Of a DNA stretch of 64,000 bases, positions 1 through 9,927 are shown one piece after another. Source of the stretch: an uncultured Gammaproteobacteria bacterium (GTDB lineage Bacteria; Patescibacteriota; Microgenomatia; CAYXHB01; CAZYTL01). Under the pieces are notes generated by a model that did not search any database, was not told where the DNA came from, and saw only the letters and a list, made by a program, of their open reading frames with translations. Every line of letters begins with the position of its first letter. The stretch's first letter is position 1. Position numbers and translations under genes: made by a program. The stretch is taken from NCBI GenBank assembly GCA_964650355.1, contig CAZYTL010000001.1, positions 4,018 through 68,017 of the forward strand, in the 5' to 3' direction.

Positions 1-446
1 CAACTCTTTGGAATCGGCAAATCATGAGCATAAATGAAATTAATTATTTGTCCTTGGTGATGGGATTCATGCTCCACTAGAACCATATATTTCATCAATG
101 GGGTGGTACCATCTTCAAACTTCTGGAGTAAATCAGTTTCTTCGAGTACTTTCATTAAACTTTCATCTGCCTGCTTCATATGAGCAATGATCGTCTCCTT
201 AGTAACCTGCTTTTCCTCATCCAAACTGCACGCAAATCCTTTCCACTTACCCTCAGCAATAAAAGGAAGGTTACTCTCCTGGGTACCCACCATGCACCAA
301 AACTGATAACCCAGAGTTTGAGACTCAGGAAATGGCAGCTTTTTCTCTAAATCGCCTTCCTCAATCGCTTCAAGAAAATCATAGGTCATTCCGCGAAGTT
401 GTCGCCAATGATTTTTAAGTTCCTCTGGTAATGAACCTTTTGTCAT
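1..446 (-). CDS. DinB/YfiT-like protein (3' end runs off window)
   Basis: Not in the ORF track. Manual translation from ATG 446 gives MTKGSLPEELKNHWRQLRGMTYDFLEAI...LVEHESHHQGQI, with the DinB-type HExHHxGQ motif. A TATAAT lies 8 nt upstream of the ATG. Confidence 0.75.
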   Translation of the reverse strand, partial: MTKGSLPEELKNHWRQLRGMTYDFLEAIEEGDLEKKLPFPESQTLGYQFWCMVGTQESNLPFIAEGKWKGFACSLDEEKQVTKETIIAHMKQADESLMKVLEETDLLQKFEDGTTPLMKYMVLVEHESHHQGQIINFIYAHDLPIPKS

Positions 447-518
447 CTCAACTTATTATACCCCAATCTTTCTAATTCCTTCCTTCAGGTAAATAAATTA
501 TCAAGATAATATCGTTGT

Positions 519-1052
519 TTAAGAATCTGCGGGAGGAGGCAATAACTCTCCGCTTTCTAACAAGTTAATCACTTCACTTGCATTTTCGCCTTCCACAAAA
601 TATCCCACAATATAATCCGCCCGATCAGGTTCTTCAGTTGAGGTCACTCTATATAGAAAAAATTCCGGCTGCTCCTCTAGTCCGTACATCATTAAATCTT
701 CTTCAAACAATATCGGTTCCTGAGGATGAGTTCTATAACAGGCAATCAACAGTTCAGGATGCTCTGGATTATCTCTTATCGGACCGATTCGCCATTCAGG
801 ATCTTGAGAGTTAATATCTACTCCTAATGCATCCAAAATTAGCCCTTCATACTTCTCATAACCAACATCAGTCATCTCTGTTGTTTCATCTACCAACCCC
901 GTATTCCAAGGATGAAGATCAATCAACCCTTCACCGACCGAAATCGCTGTCCTAAACAATATATTCTGTTTCATTTCTTCCAGCTGCTCCTTTTTCAACT
1001 CTACTTCAGGATCAACTAAATATCTTTCAGGGAGCTCTTCTAAACTACCCAT
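519..1052 (-). CDS. hypothetical acidic protein
   Basis: 177-aa ORF in the same orientation as its neighbours; no recognisable motif. Confidence 0.6.
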   Translation of the reverse strand: MGSLEELPERYLVDPEVELKKEQLEEMKQNILFRTAISVGEGLIDLHPWNTGLVDETTEMTDVGYEKYEGLILDALGVDINSQDPEWRIGPIRDNPEHPELLIACYRTHPQEPILFEEDLMMYGLEEQPEFFLYRVTSTEEPDRADYIVGYFVEGENASEVINLLESGELLPPPADS

Positions 1053-1142
1053 AATATTAAAACTCTTTATACGATCTCATTTCCAGGTCTATCTTAACAT
1101 CTTCTCCACATTACCTATTCATTGGCCCTACTTTTTTCTTCA

Positions 1143-1874
1143 TCAAGAATATTTTTTTGCCTTTACACAATGCACCACTAGGAAGCTAGGCACATGCACT
1201 TCTCTGGAATAATTGGCTTTTTGTTTGGCGGTTTTTTCGTCCAGTTGGGGCTCAACCAGCTTTTTAATTTGACAACCCTGGTCAATCACAAAATTGATGT
1301 AGCTGCTCAAAGTCCTGTGGAATGAATAGCCAAAAGTCTGTTTTACACTATATTCTTTAAAATATTCTTTGATCTCCAGACAAGGATTTTTATCCCATTC
1401 GGTATCGGGAAAGAAACACGGATGAGAAATTGAAAAGATGAATGACCCGCCTGGCTTCAGAACCCGGATGCAATTTGCCATAGCGCTCTGATAATCAGGA
1501 ATATCCATGAACACCATGTTGGCCACCACCGCATCAAATTTTCCCCTTGATTTGTATCTGGATAAATCCGCTTTTATATAATTAATCCCCAACCGCTCTT
1601 TTTCCTCCTTATCTATTGCGTACTGGATGAAGTCACCGGCCGGTTCAAGCCCGGTGACCCTTGCACTCTTTTTAGCCAATAACCGCGATAAATATCCCTG
1701 CCCGCACCCAGCATCCAGGATTTTTTTGCCTTTTACATCTCCCAGCAGGGAAAATATTGCCGGATTAAGCAGATGTTGTCTGGCAAAGTCTCCGAAGTCG
1801 CCAAAATTATCCAAAAATTCCAGTGAAGCGGTTGACCATCCCTGAATATTCTGCTTGTTGGTAATTTTTGTCAT
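1143..1874 (-). CDS. class I SAM-dependent methyltransferase
   Basis: Motifs ILDAGCGQG, FDAVVANMVF and RVLKPGG. Confidence 0.9.
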   Translation of the reverse strand: MTKITNKQNIQGWSTASLEFLDNFGDFGDFARQHLLNPAIFSLLGDVKGKKILDAGCGQGYLSRLLAKKSARVTGLEPAGDFIQYAIDKEEKERLGINYIKADLSRYKSRGKFDAVVANMVFMDIPDYQSAMANCIRVLKPGGSFIFSISHPCFFPDTEWDKNPCLEIKEYFKEYSVKQTFGYSFHRTLSSYINFVIDQGCQIKKLVEPQLDEKTAKQKANYSREVHVPSFLVVHCVKAKKYS

Positions 1875-1956
1875 CGTATGTAAATTCTTGGTAACTTTAT
1901 GGAGATGTCTGTCTCTAAGTATAGGGCGATTTCAATTCTAAACTCGAACTCCTAAG

Positions 1957-2231
1957 TTATAATTCCGTTAATGTTCTCTTTAATGCCTTCTTTAGCTCAC
2001 CTCTACCAAACCCGCTTTTAAGAAAACCTCCCGGGCTTTGGCATCTTCCTCATTTACAAAATAATCGTAATGTATAAGTTTTAAAGGCCTTCTATTTGCA
2101 GTTGATCTAACTTCACCTCTAGCATGTTGCGACAATCTATTGCGAAGATTTGTAGTAAAGCCGGTATAAAAACGTTTGTCTTTTAGACTTAGCAATGTAT
2201 AAACGTAATCGTGTTTACTTTGGAACGTCAC
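1957..2231 (-). pseudogene. small GIY-YIG nuclease, frameshifted near the C-terminus
   Basis: YVYTL..FYTGFT..RLSQH..AREVFLK. The family-typical tail SGFGRGELKKALKRTLTEL* continues in the -1 frame to a stop at 1957, i.e. one A is missing from the A-run at ~2016-2019. Confidence 0.75.
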
Positions 2232-2256
2232 ACGTCTGTATTTGATATATATAAAT

Positions 2257-2281
2257 AAAAGCCAAGTCTGAGTTGGCTTTT
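2257..2281. terminator. bidirectional intrinsic terminator-like hairpin
   Basis: AAAAGCCAA-gtctgag-TTGGCTTTT. Confidence 0.6.
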
Positions 2282-2660
2282 CGGGGGAAATCAGACTTCC
2301 CTGCGTCGCCTTCCTCCTGGAGGAGTCAGACTCCTTGAGCTGGGGACGGTACTCAGCTCGAACCTAAGATCTCTGGTTACGTCTGAACTCGAACTCCAGC
2401 TTCAAATTCTTAAAGAACATTTGAATATCAACTCGTTTGCTTCTTGTTAACACAGTTTTATTTTACTTCTAGGCTGATGTTTCCACAAGCTTATTACTGT
2501 CGATTAGTGTCAGTTGCTAACAAGTCAATTCTGATATATTGTATAATACTTATTACCTTAATTAAAGAGATTTCTTATTTGTAGGAATTGTTCGACCTGT
2601 CCCTCGAGGATTCTCATCTCGCAAAATAAATTAAGTAGAGTTATAGTTCAAGCAACCTAT

Positions 2661-2957
2661 ATGAGTAGAAAAAAGAAGCCACAATCGAAGATGACCGTTT
2701 TCGGGACCGCTCCGGTTAGTTCCAAGGGTCAGATTGTTATCCCAGCCAAACTAAGGAAAGCCCAAAATATTCAGGAAGGAGATACGTTGATATTTACAGG
2801 AAATCCTGAAGCTGGACACTTCCACGTTCTGAGTGCTAACTCATTTAAAGGTTTTACTGAAGATTTAAACAATCTTATTTTCAATGGAAATAAAACCTTA
2901 TCTGGACAATCTAAGAACAAAGAAGCCGATTCATCTAAACAAAAATCTAAAAGCTAA
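2661..2957 (+). CDS. AbrB/MazE/SpoVT-family DNA-binding protein
   Basis: Swapped-hairpin signature VSSKGQIVIPAKLRKAQNIQEGDTLIF. Confidence 0.85.
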   Translation: MSRKKKPQSKMTVFGTAPVSSKGQIVIPAKLRKAQNIQEGDTLIFTGNPEAGHFHVLSANSFKGFTEDLNNLIFNGNKTLSGQSKNKEADSSKQKSKS

Positions 2958-3179
2958 GTCGATTAAAATCGTGGCTATTGCAACTGCTACACTTACCTTC
3001 ACGGCAATTGTATTTACCTTTATTTTCAATTCACTAACATCATCTTGAAGCTGGTGTAGGTGATTGTCTTTTATCTCTTTTAACTCTTTTCCAATAAACT
3101 TAAAGCCACCATCAACTCGTTCTTCGAGTTTGGCGACTCTTTCGTGTATCTCAACAGTATTTAGGTTATTGTCTGACAT
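2931..3179 (-). CDS. coiled-coil protein with C-terminal TM helix (XhlA/holin-like)
   Basis: ERVAKLEERV coiled coil plus a C-terminal hydrophobic helix; last gene of the lysis cassette. Confidence 0.6.
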   Translation of the reverse strand: MSDNNLNTVEIHERVAKLEERVDGGFKFIGKELKEIKDNHLHQLQDDVSELKIKVNTIAVKVSVAVAIATILIDLAFRFLFR

Positions 3180-3182
3180 ATT

Positions 3183-3482
3183 TTAGAATGGGAGTTTATC
3201 AATAACACTGTCTTTATCTTCTGATCCAAAGGTATCACGTAGTAATTTCCCTACAGCGTTAATCCCTGCAATTCCGCCGGACAACAAAAACGGCAACACT
3301 AACGTATTGAGAAATCTATCCCAACTTGTAAGTGATTCTAGTTGAGCATTTACTAGTACCAGAGAGCCTGTAAAAAGGAATGCTGAAAGAAATATGCGAC
3401 CAAATCGCCATAAGACTTTTTTCCATTCAGGGTATTCAATGTTCATATTAATCACCTCCCTTTCTTTGTAATAAGGTTCCAA
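3183..3482 (-). CDS. putative holin (2 TM)
   Basis: Two hydrophobic segments; follows the endolysin. Likely true start is MNIEY at ~3447, with a GGAGGTG RBS. Confidence 0.65.
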   Translation of the reverse strand: MEPYYKEREVINMNIEYPEWKKVLWRFGRIFLSAFLFTGSLVLVNAQLESLTSWDRFLNTLVLPFLLSGGIAGINAVGKLLRDTFGSEDKDSVIDKLPF

Positions 3483-4518
3483 AATATTGAATTGCTAGTG
3501 AGAAAATTATTTGAGGTGTGGGTTGAAGTGGGAGTTTATCTTTTTGGCAGGTTTCAAACTTACCTTTATATTCTTGAGCTTCGATCAGCGCTCGCCCCTT
3601 AGCTTTGTTTGCTTCATCTAGTTCGCCTTCCAATACCCCTATGCGAGCCTGTGCCAAGGGTAGTGCATCCGAGCCGTTTTTGAGTTGTTTATTTAGAGCG
3701 TCAATTAGGGATTTATAGTACTTTTCTTTATCTAGCAGTGACTTTTCTAACCTGCTCACTTGTTCAACCCTGTTATCAATTTCAGTGTTGGCTTTGTCTA
3801 CTTCAGTCTGTTTGTCATTTAGCTTGTTAGATAGGTCAGTTTCACGACTTTTATACCCTCCGATAACACTCTTAATTCTATCAGTGGGGGTAGTGTTGGG
3901 GTCATCATTTATCTCAAGTATCTTGAGTGCTTCAGGCCACTTTGTAGCAGAAGCAACAATCTGTTCATATTTGGTACGCCACTCTGGTGTATTGGGAACC
4001 AAACAACTATCTGGGACTGAATTCTCTCCGTTTTCTTTTTTATATTTCCTAAGTTCATCGAAGAATTCTTGAGGATTGATAGCGCCAAAGTAGCCGTTGT
4101 TATAGTTATCGCTTACAAACTTGCCACTTTGTAACTGTCCTCGTTTAACAGTGAGATGAAGGTGGCTCCCTGTGCTATTTCCAGTATTATCGCTAATAGC
4201 CATCGTGTCACCTTCGTTTTTAGTCTCAAAGTGCTCGATGGATTTACAGTGACCATAAGTCAGCTTGTATGTGTTATAAAGCTGGACAATCACTTCAAAA
4301 TATAAACCAAAGCCATCATTGCCTTCATTTCCTTGAGAGTAGAACTGAGACTTCCAGGAAGAGAAAATATATCTGAATCCTTGTGGGGTATCTGGAAACT
4401 TAGTTTTGAAATCCCAGCCGTTATGTCCTTTAAGACCAAAGCGAGCATAGGATTCAGGATTACCACCAAATCCTTGTGTAAGTTCAAATGGTTCTATTGG
4501 TCGAATTATGTCAGACAT
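3448..4518 (-). CDS. M23 peptidase endolysin with C-terminal coiled coil
   Basis: M23 motifs HNGWD, YGH and TGNSTGSHLH. Confidence 0.85.
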   Translation of the reverse strand: MSDIIRPIEPFELTQGFGGNPESYARFGLKGHNGWDFKTKFPDTPQGFRYIFSSWKSQFYSQGNEGNDGFGLYFEVIVQLYNTYKLTYGHCKSIEHFETKNEGDTMAISDNTGNSTGSHLHLTVKRGQLQSGKFVSDNYNNGYFGAINPQEFFDELRKYKKENGENSVPDSCLVPNTPEWRTKYEQIVASATKWPEALKILEINDDPNTTPTDRIKSVIGGYKSRETDLSNKLNDKQTEVDKANTEIDNRVEQVSRLEKSLLDKEKYYKSLIDALNKQLKNGSDALPLAQARIGVLEGELDEANKAKGRALIEAQEYKGKFETCQKDKLPLQPTPQIIFSLAIQYFGTLLQRKGGD

Positions 4519-4521
4519 AGG

Positions 4522-7500
4522 TTATCGGTAAATCAAACTCTTAATACTTTGATTGTCGGTGGAACCACCCCCTTGTTTCAATGGAATAAGTGTTGATTCC
4601 TGTCCATTAGTATCACTATCTTGAGGAACCCCACCGGGAAGAGTTGTTTTCAATAGTCGTTGTAAGTCAGTAGCACTAAATGTGATACTGCTTTGGAATA
4701 GTGCAGCTTCCTTGGGATCGTCATTCATTAAGATAGGAACTATCTGTGGAATTAATTTTTCTGCTTCTTCATTCCACTGAAGAGCCATTTGTTGGGCACC
4801 TTGAAGATCGCCTTCTTCTATAAGTTTCTTCATTTGAAGACGAGTAGTGTTGTAGCCGACCTCAGCGTCATACTTAATATCCCAAGCAATACGCTGTCTT
4901 TCGCCACCGTGAGTTCTATAAAACCGATCCATTGTTAGCCCCAGAACATCTGCAGGACTTAATAATTCGCGCGCCAGGCTTCCTGTAAGCCCGTAAACGG
5001 CGTGAGTAAGCTTCATTGGGCTTACTCCTAGTGCTCTTCCGATAGTAATCGCTAAATCAGGCGTACGGCTGTCGTATTGTTCTGAAGGGGCTACTTTTTC
5101 CAATCGCCTTGGAACCACTGGAAACCCTGTAAAGAAATTCGTATTAGTGGCTATTTCAAGAGGTGTGCGAATAATTGGCGGAAGAGCTCCTGAGAAGAAA
5201 GCCTGGGAAGACAATTCACCGTCACGGGTGAAAGGCACAGGAGCCAACTGGCTCATCCACTCCAACCCAAGTTTAAATAGATTCTGAGGTTCCTGCTTTC
5301 TTATATATTCAAAAGAGTACATCAATGGATTGAAGAAAATCGTACCTATGTCACCTTTGGGAATCTGAACAACTTTAGGAACTCGATTACCTTCCTCGTC
5401 CCGATCCTCACCAACAATCACAATAAAATAGGTATCTTTAGCCCATTGAGGAATATCATCCCAGAGTTCTTCGTGGTTCATGACATTATAAAAATAGGTT
5501 GCCACACCAGGAAGGACGGTCATCGCCAATGCTCGAGCTGCCGTTCGAATAGGATTATCCTTCATAACCCGTCCAACATTAAGTAGCCCCTGCCATCGGG
5601 CATTCACAAATGGGACCCACATATTAATCAGCCGAGCCTCTACACCAGCTTTCGCAAAGTCAACGGTAACATTGCGTGCCTCAAAAGCTGCTTCAAGCGG
5701 AGAAGCTCCTTTGTTCATTGCTTTTTTGTAAATTCCCAATCGAGGAGCAAGCTCAATTGATTCAGAAAAGTTAGCTATTAACTCAAAGGGGTTAATTACT
5801 GCTTTAGTTCTTTCCATCCATTTTGGTCTAAACAATTGGTCAGAAGCCACAGCAAGACCTTTAGTAGATTCGATGTAGCTACCATAACCACCCTGATTCC
5901 TCATGAAGTCGTCATATGCTTGAGATTCCCACTTAAAGGCAGCTTTCAAGCCGTCTTTAAACCCCGATAGCCAAACCGCAGGATTAAACCCATATTTGGA
6001 GACCATTGTTGCTGTTTGGTAATCCCGAACTGCGTTCGAGAGAGTAAAGGGGAAATAAAGCGTAGTTGTTCCTGCTTTGAATGCTTTGGAAGATGTCATC
6101 ACCAACTTGCCCATCAAGCCCGCAGATGCAGGAGTCATGGTGTGCATCGATTCTGAAATATCTTTAGGAATTGCCCAGCGAGTAACTTTTCCTTTTATAA
6201 ATACGCTAATGGATTCCCAACCCTGGGGTGGATTCTCATCTTTGGGAAGAAACTTAATTAAATCTTTAGTGGCATCAGGGTGAGATTGCCTAAGACTGAC
6301 CAACTTCATAGCTACTTTGTTTCTCTCAACCAAACTAACGGCCTTAGTTAAATTATCAATAATGGAGACAAACGGATCACGGATTATTTTGTCAGTGCCT
6401 TCCAGGGCGCTCACGACACCCTGTTTGCTTACAGAAAATGTTTCCGAACCAATCACCATCTTGTCAGCTTCTTCTAGAGTGGGAATAAACTCCAGAACAT
6501 GGAACGGTAACCAGTTTTTATTCTTTTCTACAACAGCATTGAAGGCTCTATTGCTAAGTATTCCTGCATCCCTCATAGGCTCAAGAATTGCTTTGACTGC
6601 CCAATTCTGTACACTATTTCCAACCTGTTCGAGCGTTCTAAATGATTTTTGTCCTACCTTATTTTTTAACTCCTCAAGTGCTTTTTCAGCAGTATCCTGA
6701 CCAACTCCGAGTGGATTTTCTATACCCCGCGCAGCCCTTTCAGAAGTTCGTTGTGCCAGCAGATATCTAGTAAAATCTGCTCGCATTTTGCGAACTGGTT
6801 GAAGAGCTTTATAAAGGTCTTTGAAATTTCCCTCAACAATTCCAAATCTTCCCGCATACATCCTTGCTCCAACGTAGGCACTGGAATCAATATCTATGGA
6901 TTTTCCTTCAAGCTTGCTGACTTTATCTTCAAACTCTTTAATCGGTGCAAAACGATCAGTGAATAATCTGGGGAAAACTTGTATGGCTTTTTTAACCTTA
7001 TCTAGTAGATTTTGAGTTGTGGAGAGTTTGCCCACCATTGCATCAATTTTTCTAAGGGCGCTGTCCTCTGGTGGTAGATCATCTGAGTCAATTGAAGTTT
7101 CCTGTGGTGGTCGTGGTGGGCTCCCTGCAGGTGGTTCTTTTAGCTCATCTGCTCTTGGACTCTCAGGTGCAATTACGCTTCCATCCTGTCGCTCTTTAAA
7201 TACAGGTGAATTTTGAACTTCACTTGGATCTTTGGCCTGCTCGGCTTGTCGTAACTCAATTTCTTCAGGCTTAGTATATTTTTCTCTGACCTCTGCTGCT
7301 TTAACCGCAACTTTTTCTTCTTTGGAGAGTTTCTCCATGAGACCTGACACTTCAGGATCTTTGGCTGTATTTGGTAATTCATTTGTAGAAGGTATTTGCT
7401 CTCTGAAGGCTTTATCGTATCCGCGCCTAAATGTTTCTAGAGCACCATCTTCATCTGAATATACGTTGAGTACTTTTACGTCTTTAGGGTTGAGAGCTAC

Positions 7501-9924
7501 TAGTAAGTCTGCTTCTCCGGCAGCTTTCAGAACAACTGAGTCATATCCAGCTTTTCTAAGTGCCTTATCAACAAGCAATCTTGCAGATTTATTCTTTAAG
7601 TAGGTGTTTATGCTTTCATCGACGTTTGTTTTTTCTAAGACTTTATGAATAAACTCTCCCCAATTATTTGAACCAAAACCCATGAACTTTTCAGGTACCT
7701 CAATAACAAATGGTTTTTTGGGTGTGAACTCTGTCTCAACAATTGCTAAGTTTGCCCCCATTCCAGTCGGATCGGCACGTTTCCCATAGAAAAGTGCTCC
7801 TGACATGGCACCCTTATTCCCAGGTTGTAAATAAACGCCCTCACCATATTTTCTGCCTCCAGAAGCACTAAATGTTTCGGCATCTGGAACTTTGAATCCT
7901 GTCTTTTGAATAATGTCTGCGATTGCTCTGGTAGTACCGTGATAAGAGATTACTGGCTTATTTGGCAATATCTTTCCAGCTTGTTTAGCCAAGGCAAGGC
8001 CATGCTCATAACCTTCTTGAATGACTTGTTTACCTGCCTCCACACTTTCGTATTTATCCTTTATCCATTGAGGTATCTTTTCAAAAACATCATCAACAAT
8101 TGATTTTATAGAAGTACCTTGGTCAGATTTCTCCAACTCGAATTCAAACTTTTCAGGATTTAATACAACAGCTTCACCACTCGTTTCCAAGATAACGTCA
8201 TAGCCTTCTTGCTTTAACTGTTTTGCTACTTCAGTGGCTTCTTTAACGTTTTTGGTTTTACCCATTGTGTTGAGCCATTTTTCAGAATCGTCTCGAAGAA
8301 CGGATATTGTGGCATCTTTTTTAGGAGTAAGTTTTACAATTTGGTCACCATATGTTCCTGCAAAGTGGTCACTGCCTGATCCTTTTTCTGTACTGGCAAA
8401 TAAGGCATATGGAGCTTCATGTCCCTCCTTTACACTCTTTGATGGGTTAAAAGTCTGGCTTTTTACCAGAGATTTAGCATCTTCTGCGCTTGTGCCGTGG
8501 TAAAGGACCGTATTTTTATCTAGAATTTTTGCTGGAGGCCTTGAGGGAGTTACTTGTATCTTATTTTCCATCGCAACCGTCACTAGGTCAGCATCCGTTA
8601 GTTCAGCAACTTGCCCCAATCTGGTTTTAGCATTTTTACCACCAAGCGCAGTTACAATTTCGCTTCTTTGGTCATCATTCAAGGTTGCTCTAATTGATAA
8701 CCCTGCAGGCATATTTCTGACCGCGCGCACTACAATCGCTCGCTTATTTGGAACATCTCTCCAGAGCTGATAGTAAAGATCTTGGAACTCTTGCCTGAAT
8801 GTTTTACCTGTATATCCGGTAGGATTACTCACTTTCGATAAAAATTCATATGCCCTGTTAGCGGTATTCCATGCTTGATTGAATTGACCCATTTCTTGTG
8901 GTGTTTGTTTGGCTTGTGCAGGAAATTGATTTGTAATATCAACAACTTTATTTTTCCAAGCTTGTTTGATTTCCTGGGCTGTTGCTTTTTCGTTAACTCC
9001 CAAGTATTCCAGTGCCTGTTTCTTAGTTATTTTCAATTGTTCGCTCGCAGCTTTTTCTATCTGACTTTCCACAGCGGACTTGTTTGGAAGATATTTTGCG
9101 ACAGCAAAGTTAAGTGAGTGCAGCCCTATCATTGCTGCTGTATTTTTGAGAGCATCTTCGTTTGAGTCACCCTTTATCAAGGAGGTTACATAAGTTGCGG
9201 GGCCAATAATCGCAGAAGATTTAACAAATGATGGTTTCATCCCTGCGATAGAGAAGGCACCACCTAAGGCAAAATCACTAACAATGTCTTTAGCTCGCTG
9301 TTGGGCTGTCTTACTTGCTTCTTCTTTTTGTAACTGCGTAAGTCCAGCGAATGTTAGGCCGTTGGAAAGAACGCTGTATGTTTTCGGAGCAACAGTGGCC
9401 ACCTTGCTCATGAGGGGAACTCCTCTTAGTGCCCCTTGTACTAATTCGCCGCCAACAAGAAATGTTCCTATCGTTCCTAAAACCTCGAATTCAACCTCAG
9501 TCATCTTCCCAGCCATTTCTTCCACATCATTGGCATATTTGATTTCGGGATCCCACCAGCCAAAGGTCAAAGCCTGAGCTAGACCATCTCCGGCACCTTT
9601 GAGAGCTCCAATTGTAGCTTTGGGTAAACGTTCCAATACATCGGTATCACGATCTCCAAGCCCAAGCGTCTGTGCTGTTGCTTCTACGTATATATTCTTG
9701 AATGGCTTATATGATCCACTCGTTGGACCAGAAATGGAGAATTCACTTTGTTCTGGCTTTAATTTCTCTAAAGGTTTGAGAATGTCATCAATCTTTTGAG
9801 TGCCGATTTTTGCTACATTACCAACAGTTTGTTTAGATTTACCAAATAAATCACCAACCGTCTGCTCAGTAGACTGAATAGATGAGGTAATGTTCTTTTT
9901 TAGATTAGTTAAAAAATTGTCCAT
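4522..9924 (-). CDS. giant polyvalent ejection protein (J-like domain, two ART-like domains, LPD38-like C-terminus)
   Basis: ALEYLGVNEKATAQEIKQAW...ANRAYEFLS; LYHGTS...GYDVI...EAVVLNP; SYHGTT...YGEGVYL...GYDSVV...VALNP; C-terminal ARNVTVDF...WVPFVNA...IPKG. Position matches podoviral internal virion proteins. Confidence 0.75.
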   Translation of the reverse strand: MDNFLTNLKKNITSSIQSTEQTVGDLFGKSKQTVGNVAKIGTQKIDDILKPLEKLKPEQSEFSISGPTSGSYKPFKNIYVEATAQTLGLGDRDTDVLERLPKATIGALKGAGDGLAQALTFGWWDPEIKYANDVEEMAGKMTEVEFEVLGTIGTFLVGGELVQGALRGVPLMSKVATVAPKTYSVLSNGLTFAGLTQLQKEEASKTAQQRAKDIVSDFALGGAFSIAGMKPSFVKSSAIIGPATYVTSLIKGDSNEDALKNTAAMIGLHSLNFAVAKYLPNKSAVESQIEKAASEQLKITKKQALEYLGVNEKATAQEIKQAWKNKVVDITNQFPAQAKQTPQEMGQFNQAWNTANRAYEFLSKVSNPTGYTGKTFRQEFQDLYYQLWRDVPNKRAIVVRAVRNMPAGLSIRATLNDDQRSEIVTALGGKNAKTRLGQVAELTDADLVTVAMENKIQVTPSRPPAKILDKNTVLYHGTSAEDAKSLVKSQTFNPSKSVKEGHEAPYALFASTEKGSGSDHFAGTYGDQIVKLTPKKDATISVLRDDSEKWLNTMGKTKNVKEATEVAKQLKQEGYDVILETSGEAVVLNPEKFEFELEKSDQGTSIKSIVDDVFEKIPQWIKDKYESVEAGKQVIQEGYEHGLALAKQAGKILPNKPVISYHGTTRAIADIIQKTGFKVPDAETFSASGGRKYGEGVYLQPGNKGAMSGALFYGKRADPTGMGANLAIVETEFTPKKPFVIEVPEKFMGFGSNNWGEFIHKVLEKTNVDESINTYLKNKSARLLVDKALRKAGYDSVVLKAAGEADLLVALNPKDVKVLNVYSDEDGALETFRRGYDKAFREQIPSTNELPNTAKDPEVSGLMEKLSKEEKVAVKAAEVREKYTKPEEIELRQAEQAKDPSEVQNSPVFKERQDGSVIAPESPRADELKEPPAGSPPRPPQETSIDSDDLPPEDSALRKIDAMVGKLSTTQNLLDKVKKAIQVFPRLFTDRFAPIKEFEDKVSKLEGKSIDIDSSAYVGARMYAGRFGIVEGNFKDLYKALQPVRKMRADFTRYLLAQRTSERAARGIENPLGVGQDTAEKALEELKNKVGQKSFRTLEQVGNSVQNWAVKAILEPMRDAGILSNRAFNAVVEKNKNWLPFHVLEFIPTLEEADKMVIGSETFSVSKQGVVSALEGTDKIIRDPFVSIIDNLTKAVSLVERNKVAMKLVSLRQSHPDATKDLIKFLPKDENPPQGWESISVFIKGKVTRWAIPKDISESMHTMTPASAGLMGKLVMTSSKAFKAGTTTLYFPFTLSNAVRDYQTATMVSKYGFNPAVWLSGFKDGLKAAFKWESQAYDDFMRNQGGYGSYIESTKGLAVASDQLFRPKWMERTKAVINPFELIANFSESIELAPRLGIYKKAMNKGASPLEAAFEARNVTVDFAKAGVEARLINMWVPFVNARWQGLLNVGRVMKDNPIRTAARALAMTVLPGVATYFYNVMNHEELWDDIPQWAKDTYFIVIVGEDRDEEGNRVPKVVQIPKGDIGTIFFNPLMYSFEYIRKQEPQNLFKLGLEWMSQLAPVPFTRDGELSSQAFFSGALPPIIRTPLEIATNTNFFTGFPVVPRRLEKVAPSEQYDSRTPDLAITIGRALGVSPMKLTHAVYGLTGSLARELLSPADVLGLTMDRFYRTHGGERQRIAWDIKYDAEVGYNTTRLQMKKLIEEGDLQGAQQMALQWNEEAEKLIPQIVPILMNDDPKEAALFQSSITFSATDLQRLLKTTLPGGVPQDSDTNGQESTLIPLKQGGGSTDNQSIKSLIYR

Positions 9925-9927
9925 AAT

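Larger units (their letters stand above)
1937..2397. repeat. 16-bp direct repeat TCT(A/G)AACTCGAACTCC flanking the GIY-YIG unit
   Basis: Copies at 1937-1952 and 2382-2397, 15/16 identical. Confidence 0.6.

Noticed and set aside
2340-2400. Complete tRNA gene
   Set aside because: No D-arm, paired T-stem or acceptor stem could be built; kept only as a fragment finding.
6077-9799. Many plus-strand ORFs antisense to the giant gene (similar shadows at 20358-20870 and 57479-58033)
   Set aside because: Ser/Leu/Phe-rich antisense shadows of real genes, with no motifs.
4522-9924. Tape measure protein
   Set aside because: It has enzyme-like and LPD38-like domains, and no tail tube or tail assembly chaperone genes were seen, so an ejection protein fits better.
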